Source: Acidobacteriota bacterium
GTDB lineage: Bacteria; Acidobacteriota; UBA890; WLXD01
Length of the DNA stretch: 64,000 nucleotides
Reading direction: 5' to 3'
Assembly (NCBI GenBank): GCA_965248695.1
Contig: CBDFKD010000002.1
Location: 1,312,001-1,376,000 of the forward strand
Shown one piece after another: positions 36,992 through 46,751 of this stretch. The translations under genes were made by a program, and so were the position numbers. The notes beneath the pieces were generated by a model. That model searched no databases and was not told the origin of the DNA. It worked only from the letters and a program-made list of their open reading frames with translations. Numbering within the stretch: position 1 is the stretch's first letter; each line of letters starts with the position of its first letter.

Positions 36992-38467
36992 ATAGCGGCC
37001 GCCAGCGCGCTCGACCAACCAATCGGTCAGCAGGTCGAGCACTTCGGGCGCGAAGGTCTCCTCGATCTGCGCGTACTCCGCTACCTGCCCGGTGCGGGCG
37101 TTCTGAAAGAGATGGTTCAGCCCGTCGAGCTGACGCGCGGTGACGTCGGCGTTGCCGCCCTCGGCCAGCGCCGCTTCGATGGCGCTCAGGTTCTGGTCGG
37201 CGTTTACCTGCAGATCGAGCGTGCCGTTGAGCGCCAGCACCGGGCACCCGACGCGTGTCAGATAGTCGCGCGGCTGTGCCACCAGGAAGTAGCGAAACCA
37301 CGCGCTGCCGACCTGTTGCAGAGCGGCAACGCGAGCGTTGTCCCGCACCTCGGCGCGCTGCGCCTCGGGGACACCACCCAGCTGCAGGTCGAGTAGCTCG
37401 TCGACCACCGCTTCGACGACGGATGCCTCCGCACCGCTGCTGAGCGCTGCGTAGAGACGTCCGAGCACATCGAGCTGGTTGCGAATCTGGGCGTCGGTGG
37501 CGCCGGCGGCCCGCAGCAGCATCTCGTTCTGCAGCGGCATGAGCTCGGCACCGCTCACACCGGGGCCAGCGAGCAGCACGACGAAGGCGACGTCGGCGGC
37601 GTCGGCGGCCACCATCGGTGCGATCAGGCCACCCTCGCTATGCCCGATCAACCCGATGCGCCCGGCGTCAATATCCCGTTGGGTCCCGAGAAACTCGACG
37701 CCGGCGCGCACATCGCTGGCGAAATCGGCGCTGGTGAGATCGGCGCGAACGCCGTCGGAGCCGCCGACACCGCGATCGTCGACCCGCAGCACGGCGATAC
37801 CGTGGCGACCCAGATGATCGGCGATCACCCAGAACGACTTGTGGTGGAAGATCGTGCTGTCACGATCCTGACTGCCGGAGCCGGTGATCAGCAACACCGC
37901 CGGATGCGGGCCGGGGCCCGCGGGGACCGTCAGCGTGCCGGCGAGCGTGTTGCCCTCGTCAGGGGTCGAGTAGCTGACGTCGCGCGCCTGGTAGGGAAAC
38001 GGTGGCTGCGGCGTCTGCGGCCGGTTCGGCGCCGCGGCGGCGGCGGCCTCCGCTGCATCGCCGCCGGTGCGTCGCATGCTCAGCGGCAGTTCCAGTCCTT
38101 GTGACAGCGCTCCTGTCGCCTCGTCGCCGTCCCGGTCGGCACCGAACCGAGCCGGCACCGCCGCAGCCAGAACGAACTCGATGCGCGCTTCCGTGTACAC
38201 CACCTCCGATACCGGGAGGTCCGTCTGCCCCTGTGCCGGGATGCTAATGGTGGCGGTCACCGGATCCTCGAGGGTAAAGGTGACGAAGAACTCCAGCTCC
38301 TGGCCACCGGCGGAGGTGAGATCGACGACACCGCGCCAGCCCTCCTGCTCCTGAACTGCTATTGCCGGCGTGACCGCCAGCGCGCCGACGAGGAGCAATG
38401 TCGCCGCCTGCAGGCGGAGCCAGCCCCGCGCCGCCTTCACCGCTTCGCGCGGCAGATCGTTCGGCAT
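36992..38467 (-). CDS. Secreted alpha/beta-hydrolase; no stop codon, reads in frame into PduO; both ends approximate
   Basis: RPQTP, GSGSQDRD, DDRGVGGS, GHSEGG, DLQV, LNHLFQ. Confidence 0.85.
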
Positions 38468-38570
38468 GATGAACCTCCGAATCAGCATCTTCCGAGTGAT
38501 GTTCCCGAGTCGATGTTGCTCTTGCTATTGATGTGCCGCCGTTGGCTGACGTATTCGCCGCCACGCCCCG

Positions 38571-39623
38571 CTAGGTCACCAGCTGCGCCTGTTCCGGACG
38601 TGCCATGGAGATCACGATGGGGTCCTCCCGCTGGCGCTCGAGAAAGGCCTCGCGGCCGCTGATGCCCTGCCAGCGTTCCTGCACCAGGACCTGCCCAATG
38701 GCGCCGCCGAGCGACTCCCCGGGGCCCAGCGCGATGATGCGATCGGGCGCGTACTCGCGTAGAGCGGTACGCACGCTGGCGCTGAAATCGAACGTCTCGA
38801 GCACCTGGTGACCGAACGTGTATTCGCGCAGCGCCTCGACGTCGGCTGTCAGCGGGCGCCACTGGGCCCCGCGCCCATCGATGAGAGGGCACCGGGGACA
38901 CGACCACGGCAAGTCCGGCAGCTCCGTCCGGGCGCGGGCCGACGCCTCGGTCATGAGATCGGAGTGAAACGCCGAGTTGCCGAGCAGCCGCAATGGGTAC
39001 TCCTGTTCGCCGAGCGTGGCCCGCGGCAGCTCTCCCAGCATCGCGGCGACACCCTCCTCGTCGCCCCATAGCACCGCGAAACCGCCGAAACGGATCGAGT
39101 GACCGACTCGGTGACCGCGGTCGGCCGCCGCCGCGAGCGCTTCCCCGACTATCTCGACGCGCTGCGGGTCACGACGCCACGACAGATCGACCACCGGGTA
39201 CACCACCTGGCCGCCGATGGTCCCGTCGCGCGTCATGGCTCCCATCGTTTGCACCGCCTCGAACACCGATTCGATGCTCCACGTGCCGGCGCAGTAGAGC
39301 GCCGAATACCAGCCCATCGAGTTGCCTCCCACCCCCACGATCCGGACCTTGTCGAGATCGAGACGCTGAAACTCGAGCGCGGTCACCGCCAGGATGAGGG
39401 GCGCGGCGTTCTCACCGCGCAGAAAGCGGGAGCCGAAGCGGTCTGCCGCGTCCATCTCGAGGATCGCGTCATCTCCCGCCTCAACCCGACGCTCGTCCAC
39501 CGACTCGACCACGGCTCGCAGCTCGTCGAAACGGGGCTCGTGGTGGAGCATGTGGAGCGATCCCAGCTGCGCGGCAGTGTAACTACCGCGTCCGGGACAG
39601 AACACGATCGCGCGTTCGCTCAT
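38571..39623 (-). CDS. FabD-like (ACP S-malonyltransferase fold) acyltransferase
   Basis: CPGRGSY, GNSMG, SAFHS, LGPG. Confidence 0.8.
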   Translation of the reverse strand: MSERAIVFCPGRGSYTAAQLGSLHMLHHEPRFDELRAVVESVDERRVEAGDDAILEMDAADRFGSRFLRGENAAPLILAVTALEFQRLDLDKVRIVGVGGNSMGWYSALYCAGTWSIESVFEAVQTMGAMTRDGTIGGQVVYPVVDLSWRRDPQRVEIVGEALAAAADRGHRVGHSIRFGGFAVLWGDEEGVAAMLGELPRATLGEQEYPLRLLGNSAFHSDLMTEASARARTELPDLPWSCPRCPLIDGRGAQWRPLTADVEALREYTFGHQVLETFDFSASVRTALREYAPDRIIALGPGESLGGAIGQVLVQERWQGISGREAFLERQREDPIVISMARPEQAQLVT

Positions 39624-41872
39624 GCCGGATCCGGTGGTCCATGCACCAGCTCCACCGCCCGCGCCACGATCTCCTCCTCCGAGGGCAGGACATGATTCCA
39701 GGCCGGCCCCAGCGGGATGAACGTATCGGCGCCGGTCACGCGGGCGAGCGATGGCTGCCGATCGTCGGGCGCGCCCTCGACGATCGCCGTGATGACCGAC
39801 TCGGCAACTCCACCGGTTCGTCTGCCTTCATCGACGATCAGCGCCCTGCCGGTGTGCACGACCTCACGCAGGAGCGTCTCGGTGTCGAGCGGCAGCAACC
39901 ATCGCAGATCGATGGTGCGGGCGCGAATGCCATGCTCCTGCTCGAGCATGCGCGCCGCGCGTAGCGTTCGCCAGAGGCCGTTTGCCCAGCTGACCAGCGT
40001 CAGATCATCGCCGTCGCTATACACCCGTGCGGTGCCGAGAGGCACCGCGACGCCCGGCTCAGGATAGCGGTCGCGCCACAGGCCGTCGCCATCGGCGTGC
40101 AGGTCGCGGGTCATGTAGAGGGCGATCGGCTCCAGGAACATGCACACGCGGCCATCGACCTTGGCGAGCGCAACGCAGGTACGCAGCATGCCGACTGCAT
40201 CCTCTCCGCGTGACGGCGCGGCGAGAACCAGCCCGGGAATATCGCGCAGCGCGGCGATGCTGTTGTCGTTGTGGAAATGGCCGCCAAAGCCCTTCTGGTA
40301 GCCGAAGCTGGCGACACGCACCACCATCGGATTGCGGAACTGCCCATCAGAGAAGTACTGCAGCGACGCGGCTTCGCCACGGATCTGGTCGCAGGCGTTA
40401 TGGAAATAGGCCAGGTACTGGATCTCGGGTACTGGCAACAAGCCCAGGTGCCCCGCCCCGATCGCCATGCCGAGGATGCTTTGCTCGTCGAGCAACGTGT
40501 TGAAGACCCGCGCCCCGCCGAGCTTTTGCCACAGCCCTGCCGTGATGCCGTACACGCCGCCGCGCTTGGCTACGTCCTCGCCGAATACCAGCAGCTCTGG
40601 ATACTCGAGAGCAAGATCGTGAAGGCCCCAGTTGATCAGCTTGGCGAGATGCTCCGGCTCGCGACGCTCCGGCAGACGGTCCTCTGCACGCCAGTGCTCG
40701 ACACGGGCGAGCGCATCGCCGCGGCGCTCGGCGACGGCGGTCACCGACACCGGACTGTAGGGCGCCAGCGCTTCCATGATCGACGCCGCGCTCTCGTGAT
40801 GCGGGCGCCGCGCCGCCTGCACCGCTGCCGCGCTCACCCGCTCCCCGATCTCGTCATACAGACCTTCGAGCTCCCCGGCGCTCGCCACGCCGCTCGCCAG
40901 AGCCGCTTCGCAGGAACGCAGCAACGGATCGTTCGCCTCCGCCGCCTTGATGCGCTCGATGTCGTGGTAGGCGAGCTCAGGGTCGGTTCCCGCATGCCCC
41001 AGCAGGCGCACCAGCTTCAGGTGCAGGAACACCGGTGCCCGGCGCCGCCGACAGGCGTGCGCCGCCGCCACCGCCTGCTCGAACGTGTCGACCGGATCGA
41101 GCCCGTCGGCAGAAAAGTAGGCCATGTCGGGCCGGTTGCTCCAGGTGCTCTCGATCCACCGCTCCGGCGTGTGCACCGAGATGCCGACACCGTTGTCCTC
41201 GCACACCCAGAGCACCGGCACCGGAACGTGCTGATGCGCGGCCCACATCGCGGCGTTGATCGCCCCAAGCGCCGTCGAGTGGTTCAACGATGCGTCGCCG
41301 AGGCTACAAACGACGATCGCATCATCCGGCACCGGCAGGTCCAGGCCGAGGAAGCGCCCACGATCGATGGCGAACGCCGTACCGGTGGCCTTGGGCAGGT
41401 GTGAGGCGATCGTGCTTGTCTGCGGTGGTATCCACAGGGCGCGGCTTCCGAACACCTTGTGGCGCCCGGCGGCGATGGGCTCCTCGCGAGCAGCACACAG
41501 CGACAGCAAGACGTCGAAGATCGGCGTCTGCCCGGGCACCTGTTTGGCCCGTTGAGCGAAGAAGGCGCCGGACCGGTAGTGCAAGAACGCCGGATCGGTG
41601 GGTCGCAGCGCAGCGGCAACGGCGGCGTTGCCCTCGTGACCGGCGCTCGAGATCGTGTAATAGCCCTCGCCATGGTCCTTGAGGCGCCGTGCCTCGAGGT
41701 CGAGCTGACGTGCCGAGAATTGCGAATCGATGATATCGAGCAACTGGTGGCCGGTGAGCGAAGCGCCGGCACGCACCGGTGCCCGGCGATCGGCACGCTC
41801 GACCGGCTGCTGCTGGCCGGCCAGCAGCGCGCGCAGATTGCGATCGACAACCTCGGCGCGGTTCTGGCTCAT
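39620..41872 (-). CDS. Fused 2-oxoacid dehydrogenase E1 alpha/beta (TPP-dependent)
   Basis: YTISSAGHE, GDAS..EDN TPP motif, FGEDVAKRGGVYG, EIQY, GGHFHN. Confidence 0.9.
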   Translation of the reverse strand: MSQNRAEVVDRNLRALLAGQQQPVERADRRAPVRAGASLTGHQLLDIIDSQFSARQLDLEARRLKDHGEGYYTISSAGHEGNAAVAAALRPTDPAFLHYRSGAFFAQRAKQVPGQTPIFDVLLSLCAAREEPIAAGRHKVFGSRALWIPPQTSTIASHLPKATGTAFAIDRGRFLGLDLPVPDDAIVVCSLGDASLNHSTALGAINAAMWAAHQHVPVPVLWVCEDNGVGISVHTPERWIESTWSNRPDMAYFSADGLDPVDTFEQAVAAAHACRRRRAPVFLHLKLVRLLGHAGTDPELAYHDIERIKAAEANDPLLRSCEAALASGVASAGELEGLYDEIGERVSAAAVQAARRPHHESAASIMEALAPYSPVSVTAVAERRGDALARVEHWRAEDRLPERREPEHLAKLINWGLHDLALEYPELLVFGEDVAKRGGVYGITAGLWQKLGGARVFNTLLDEQSILGMAIGAGHLGLLPVPEIQYLAYFHNACDQIRGEAASLQYFSDGQFRNPMVVRVASFGYQKGFGGHFHNDNSIAALRDIPGLVLAAPSRGEDAVGMLRTCVALAKVDGRVCMFLEPIALYMTRDLHADGDGLWRDRYPEPGVAVPLGTARVYSDGDDLTLVSWANGLWRTLRAARMLEQEHGIRARTIDLRWLLPLDTETLLREVVHTGRALIVDEGRRTGGVAESVITAIVEGAPDDRQPSLARVTGADTFIPLGPAWNHVLPSEEEIVARAVELVHGPPDPA

Positions 41873-41990
41873 GGGCTCAGGAGATCACGATGGCTACAGG
41901 CATGGGCAACGAAGGACGGCCCATCATCCTGTGGCCGGCAGTCATCCGCAATCAGAGCCACTCACGCAACGATCGGGCCGCCGGCCAGGC

Positions 41991-44900
41991 TCAGACCTGG
42001 ACGCGCGCCTCGTCGCTGCCGCGCACGGTCCGCAACACTGCGGCGCGGGCGTCCATGACGATCGAGAACACCGCCGGTACCAGGAACAACGTGAAGATGG
42101 TCGACACCGCTAATCCGCCGACCACTACACCACCGAGGCCACGGTAGATCTCGCTGCCGGCGCCGGTGACCACTACCAGCGGCGCCATGCCCATCACCGA
42201 GGTCAGGGTGCTCATGAAGATCGGGCGGACGCGGTCGGATACCGCATCGCGCAGCGCCTCGCGGTGCCCCAACCCGCGGTCGCGCATGTAGTTGAGCGTC
42301 TGGTGCACGATAAGGATGGCGTTGTTCACCACGATGCCGACCAGGATCACGAAGCCGAGCATGGCAATGACATCGAGCGCTTGCGGGGCGATGAAGGCGT
42401 TCACCAATGCGAGGCCGACAAAGCCGCCAAGCGCCGCGAACGGCACCGAGAACAGGATCACGAACGGGTAGAGAAACGACTCGAACAGTGCCGCCATCAG
42501 CAGGTAGGTGACCACCAACGCCAGCACCATGTTCCCCTGCAGCGCCTGCCGCGTGGTGGTCAGCTTGTCGGCTGAGCCAGACAGCGCCGCCTCGTACGGA
42601 AGCGACAATGACCCGTCAGCCCGCATGGGCCCCAGCACGCTCTCCTCGATGATGGACATCGCCGCCTCGAGCGGCATGTCCGCCGCCGGCAGCACACGGA
42701 TGGTGACGGCGCGCTGGCGCTCGATGCGGTTGATCTGCGTCGGGCCGTTGGTCTCGACGACCCGGCCGATATCGCCGACGCTGACGACGCGCCCCGACGG
42801 TGTGGCGATGTTGAGGGCTTCGATATCTTGCGACCTGGCGGCGTACGGAGCTGCCCCGCGCAGCATCAGATCGACGGCCCGTCCCTCGAACTGGTACTCG
42901 CTGACCTTGACACCGTCGACGAGCGCATTCAGGGCAAAGCCCAGGTCCGCTGCCGTCATGCCGAGCTCGGCGGCGCGCTCACGATCGGGAATCACCCGGA
43001 TCTCGGGGTTGCCAAGATCCAGCCCCGGTATCGGTTGTGCCTGGGCGCCAGGTACGGTCGCCATCACGGTTCCGAACACCCGCCCGCCAATCCCTAGCAG
43101 CCGCACGAGGTCGGGACCGGTCAGATCGATGTCGATGGCGCGACCGGCCGAAGGCCCGCGCTGAAATATCGAGGGCTGCTGCACGACCCCGAAGGTCCCG
43201 GGGATTCGGCCGAGCGCCTGTTGGATCACCGGGATGAGCTCACCGGTGCGTTCAGCGTACTGGTCGTATCCGATCACACCGATGAACGCGCCGGCGGCGA
43301 ACGAGGCGAAGAAGTCATGCCGAATCGGCGGCGCCGCCAGTTGAGCCTCCTCCGGCGAGCCGGGCGTCGCCTCCCAGTACGGACGGATCGCCTCGCTCAC
43401 CGTCTCCGACATCGAGAGGTACTCGTCCATGTTGTAGCCAGGCGGCGGAATCAACATGCCGAAGGCAAAATTCTGATTGCCAGTGGGCAGGTACTCGGTC
43501 TCCGGCATCAACACCCAGGCGGAAAACACCGCTGTGCCGGCCAGGACCACCACTGCCAGCAAGCGCAGCACCGGTGCCCCCGAGAGCCAGTAGGTGAACT
43601 CGGCGATGCGGCGGTTCAGGCCGGCGCCCACGCCAATGATCCCCCAGAGAGAGCGCCAGCCAGTGAGCTCGGTTGCCGCTCCGGCTCCGGCAGTGCTGCT
43701 GAGAATCCGCGCCGAGAGGCTGGGAATCATGGTGACCGAGACGACGAGTGAGATCAGCACGGCGGCGCTCACCGCCACGGCGATGTCGCGAAATAGCTGG
43801 CCGGCTTCCTCCTGCACGAAGAGCACCGGCAAGAAGACGGCTACCGTCGTCATCACCGACGCAAAGACGGCTCCCCATACCTCGACGGTGCCGTCGTAGG
43901 CGGCCTGCGCCCGGCGCTTCCCCATCTGCTGATGGCGATAGATGTTCTCCAGCACGACGATGGAGGCATCGACGATCATGCCGACGGCGAACGCCATGCC
44001 GGCAAGACTGACGACGTTGATGTTGCGACCCAGCAGGCTCATCACCAGGAAGGTCGCCACCACGCTGACAGGAATCGCCAGTCCGACCACCATGCTGCTG
44101 GAGAAACTGCGCAGGAACACCAGCAGCACCATGAGCGCCAACAGCCCACCGATAATCATGTTGCGTTGTACGAGCGAGATGGCGCTCTGGATGTAGTCTG
44201 CCTGCGAGAATGCGATCACCAGGCGCATGCCGCGATTGCCCACGGGGCCCGCATTGAGCTGTGCGACCGCACGCTCGACCCCATCGAGCACCAGGAGTGT
44301 GTTGGAGCCTGTCTGCTGTTGCACGGCAACGCCGATGGTCGGTGCACCCCGCTGTCGCATGATCGATGTGGGCTCGGCGTATCCGAGCTCGACGCTGGCG
44401 ACATCACGTACATAGATAGGCGCACTGTCACGCCAGGCGAGCACCACGTCCTCGACCTGTTCGGGCGCGGTGTACTCCCCTACCGTGCGGACGACATAGG
44501 TTCGCTTCCCCTCGTCGAAGTCCCCTGCCGAGATATCGCGGTTTTCGGCGTCCAGTGCCGCGGCGATCTGGGTCAACGTCAGACCGCGAACGGCCAGCTT
44601 CTGGGGGTCGACGGTCACCTGCAGCTCGCGGTCGCGACCGGCCCAGATCTGCGCCACGGCCACGCCGGGAACGCGCTCGAGCGTTCGCTGGACCACTTCG
44701 ATGGCGAAATCACGCTGCAGCTCGATATCGATGTCGGCGTCCGGCAGCGGCTGCAGAACCATCCATGCAACGACGTTTTGCTCGAACGGTGAGCGGCTCG
44801 TGATCACCGGCTTGAGCGCCGTGGCGGGATACTGCTGGACCTGTTGCAACCGGTTGCTCACCTTCAACAGCACCGCATCCGGATCCACGCCGATGCGGAA

Positions 44901-45182
44901 CTCGAGCCTCACCGTGCCGGTCGACTGGCTGCTCTGGCTGGTCATCTTCACCAGCCCCTCGAGCGACTTGAGCTGTTCCTCCTGCTTCTGGACGATCTCG
45001 GTCTCGATCTCCTCCGGCGACGCTCCCGGCCATAACGTGGTGACAACGGCCTGCGGCACCTCGACGTCAGGGATCAGCTGGATCGGGATACGGAACAGCG
45101 CCAGTATTCCGAACAGCGCGACCAGCAATACGACAACCGTTACGCTGACCGGAGACTTGATCGATTCGTCGACGAGCTTCAT
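41991..45182 (-). CDS. RND efflux permease (AcrB family)
   Basis: GMIVDASIVVLENI, GIVVNNAIL, RVRPIFMSTLT. Confidence 0.95.
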   Translation of the reverse strand: MKLVDESIKSPVSVTVVVLLVALFGILALFRIPIQLIPDVEVPQAVVTTLWPGASPEEIETEIVQKQEEQLKSLEGLVKMTSQSSQSTGTVRLEFRIGVDPDAVLLKVSNRLQQVQQYPATALKPVITSRSPFEQNVVAWMVLQPLPDADIDIELQRDFAIEVVQRTLERVPGVAVAQIWAGRDRELQVTVDPQKLAVRGLTLTQIAAALDAENRDISAGDFDEGKRTYVVRTVGEYTAPEQVEDVVLAWRDSAPIYVRDVASVELGYAEPTSIMRQRGAPTIGVAVQQQTGSNTLLVLDGVERAVAQLNAGPVGNRGMRLVIAFSQADYIQSAISLVQRNMIIGGLLALMVLLVFLRSFSSSMVVGLAIPVSVVATFLVMSLLGRNINVVSLAGMAFAVGMIVDASIVVLENIYRHQQMGKRRAQAAYDGTVEVWGAVFASVMTTVAVFLPVLFVQEEAGQLFRDIAVAVSAAVLISLVVSVTMIPSLSARILSSTAGAGAATELTGWRSLWGIIGVGAGLNRRIAEFTYWLSGAPVLRLLAVVVLAGTAVFSAWVLMPETEYLPTGNQNFAFGMLIPPPGYNMDEYLSMSETVSEAIRPYWEATPGSPEEAQLAAPPIRHDFFASFAAGAFIGVIGYDQYAERTGELIPVIQQALGRIPGTFGVVQQPSIFQRGPSAGRAIDIDLTGPDLVRLLGIGGRVFGTVMATVPGAQAQPIPGLDLGNPEIRVIPDRERAAELGMTAADLGFALNALVDGVKVSEYQFEGRAVDLMLRGAAPYAARSQDIEALNIATPSGRVVSVGDIGRVVETNGPTQINRIERQRAVTIRVLPAADMPLEAAMSIIEESVLGPMRADGSLSLPYEAALSGSADKLTTTRQALQGNMVLALVVTYLLMAALFESFLYPFVILFSVPFAALGGFVGLALVNAFIAPQALDVIAMLGFVILVGIVVNNAILIVHQTLNYMRDRGLGHREALRDAVSDRVRPIFMSTLTSVMGMAPLVVVTGAGSEIYRGLGGVVVGGLAVSTIFTLFLVPAVFSIVMDARAAVLRTVRGSDEARVQV

Positions 45183-46564
45183 GAGCCCGTTTCTTGGCGC
45201 GGATCGACGGCGATCGGCTTGCTCAGGTCGGCCATCGGCACCGTCAATTCGCGCACGGCGGACACCTGCACCGGCTGACCCGGGAAGACGCGCTCGTTGC
45301 CGCGAACGACCACCAGGTCGCCCCCGGCGACAGCTCCATAGACCACCTGCCATTGGCCGCGCGCCGGGCCGATGTCCACCGACACCTGTTCGATCATGCC
45401 GCGCGTGCCAACGCCGGAAGCGGTCGGTGGGCCCGTGGCCATGACGCGGAATACGAGCACCTGGTCACCGCGTCTGACGATGGCGTCCTTGCTGACGAGC
45501 ATCGCCGGTTCGGGGCTTCCGAGCTGCGCTGCCACGCGGGCCGCCATGCCGCCCTTGATCGCCAGACCCGGATTGGGGACACGGATCAGAACCGGGAACG
45601 TGCGTGCTTCCGGCACCGCCTGCGGCACGATCGCCCGCACCGTGCCGACGTAGTCGAGTCCCGGCAAGGCGTCCAACCGTACGTCGACCCGGAACCCGGG
45701 CTCGATGGCGGAGATGTAACGCTCGGCGATCTGCACCGCTACCTCGACCTCTGAGAGATCGATCAGCGAGATGATCTGCGTCCCCTGTGCGACCCACTCT
45801 CCGATCTCGACGTGAACCGCTGCGACGCGTCCTGCGAACGGTGCCCGCACCGTCGCCCGCGCCAGCACGTCTTCGAGACGCGCTACCTCGGCACCGAGGC
45901 GCGCCACGCCCTGCGCGAACGCGTCGCGGTCGGCCACCGCCTGTTCGTATTCGCGCTGTGAGATGGCGGCGCGCTGCAGCAGGCTGGCGAGGCGATCGAA
46001 ATCAGCGCTGGCGCGCGACAACCTGGCGTCGGTCTCGTCGCGCGCCGCGCGCGCCGCTGCGAGTTGCTGCTCGATTGCGGCGGTCCGCAGACGCACCAGC
46101 ACCTGGCCAGTACGAACCGAGTCACCTTCGTGAACCCGCAGCTCCGAGAGCAGGCCGTCGACCTCGCTGGCCACCAGCGACTCGCGTATAGGCGCCGCGG
46201 TACCGAGCAGCTCGACGCGCTCGGCGGCGACGATTTCGACTGCCGGCACGACCTCGACCGGCGACGCCATCGGGCCTGAAGGCGGTCCACCGGTGCCGTC
46301 CTGCCCGCCGCCGGGCCCGCCGTGTTCCGTCAGTGGCATCTCGGCAGTTCCGAGGCCCATGGATCGGCCACCGAGCAGACCGAAACCGACGGCAGCGATC
46401 ACCGAGAGCGCGCCAACCGCCACACCGAGCACCAGGATGAGGCCGACGATGACCGAAGGCAGCTTGAGCGCCTGGGGCGCTGGCGCCGTCACGGACGCCG
46501 GTGCGGAGGTGCCCTCGTCGGCAGATATGGGTCGCCGGTCAGGATCTGGATCGGACGGTTGCAT
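45179..46564 (-). CDS. RND periplasmic adaptor (MFP); start approximate
   Basis: VASEVDG..VHEGDSV, TVRAPFAGRV, ARTFPV, GMAARV. Confidence 0.9.
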   Translation of the reverse strand: MQPSDPDPDRRPISADEGTSAPASVTAPAPQALKLPSVIVGLILVLGVAVGALSVIAAVGFGLLGGRSMGLGTAEMPLTEHGGPGGGQDGTGGPPSGPMASPVEVVPAVEIVAAERVELLGTAAPIRESLVASEVDGLLSELRVHEGDSVRTGQVLVRLRTAAIEQQLAAARAARDETDARLSRASADFDRLASLLQRAAISQREYEQAVADRDAFAQGVARLGAEVARLEDVLARATVRAPFAGRVAAVHVEIGEWVAQGTQIISLIDLSEVEVAVQIAERYISAIEPGFRVDVRLDALPGLDYVGTVRAIVPQAVPEARTFPVLIRVPNPGLAIKGGMAARVAAQLGSPEPAMLVSKDAIVRRGDQVLVFRVMATGPPTASGVGTRGMIEQVSVDIGPARGQWQVVYGAVAGGDLVVVRGNERVFPGQPVQVSAVRELTVPMADLSKPIAVDPRQETGS

Positions 46565-46751
46565 GGCGCTACGCAGGGGAGTGGGGGGGCTGGTCGCCTG
46601 CATCACGCGTGCGCTGGAGGCGTCTGCGCGAGGAAACCAGCATTCAGCGTACGTCGGCGCTCCGAATCGGGCAAGACGGAGAGCGGCCGAGCGGGCGCTC
46701 GCTGTCCACCAGTGGTCGCGCCGTCCGGTGAGCGGGAGAAGGGACGCGAGG

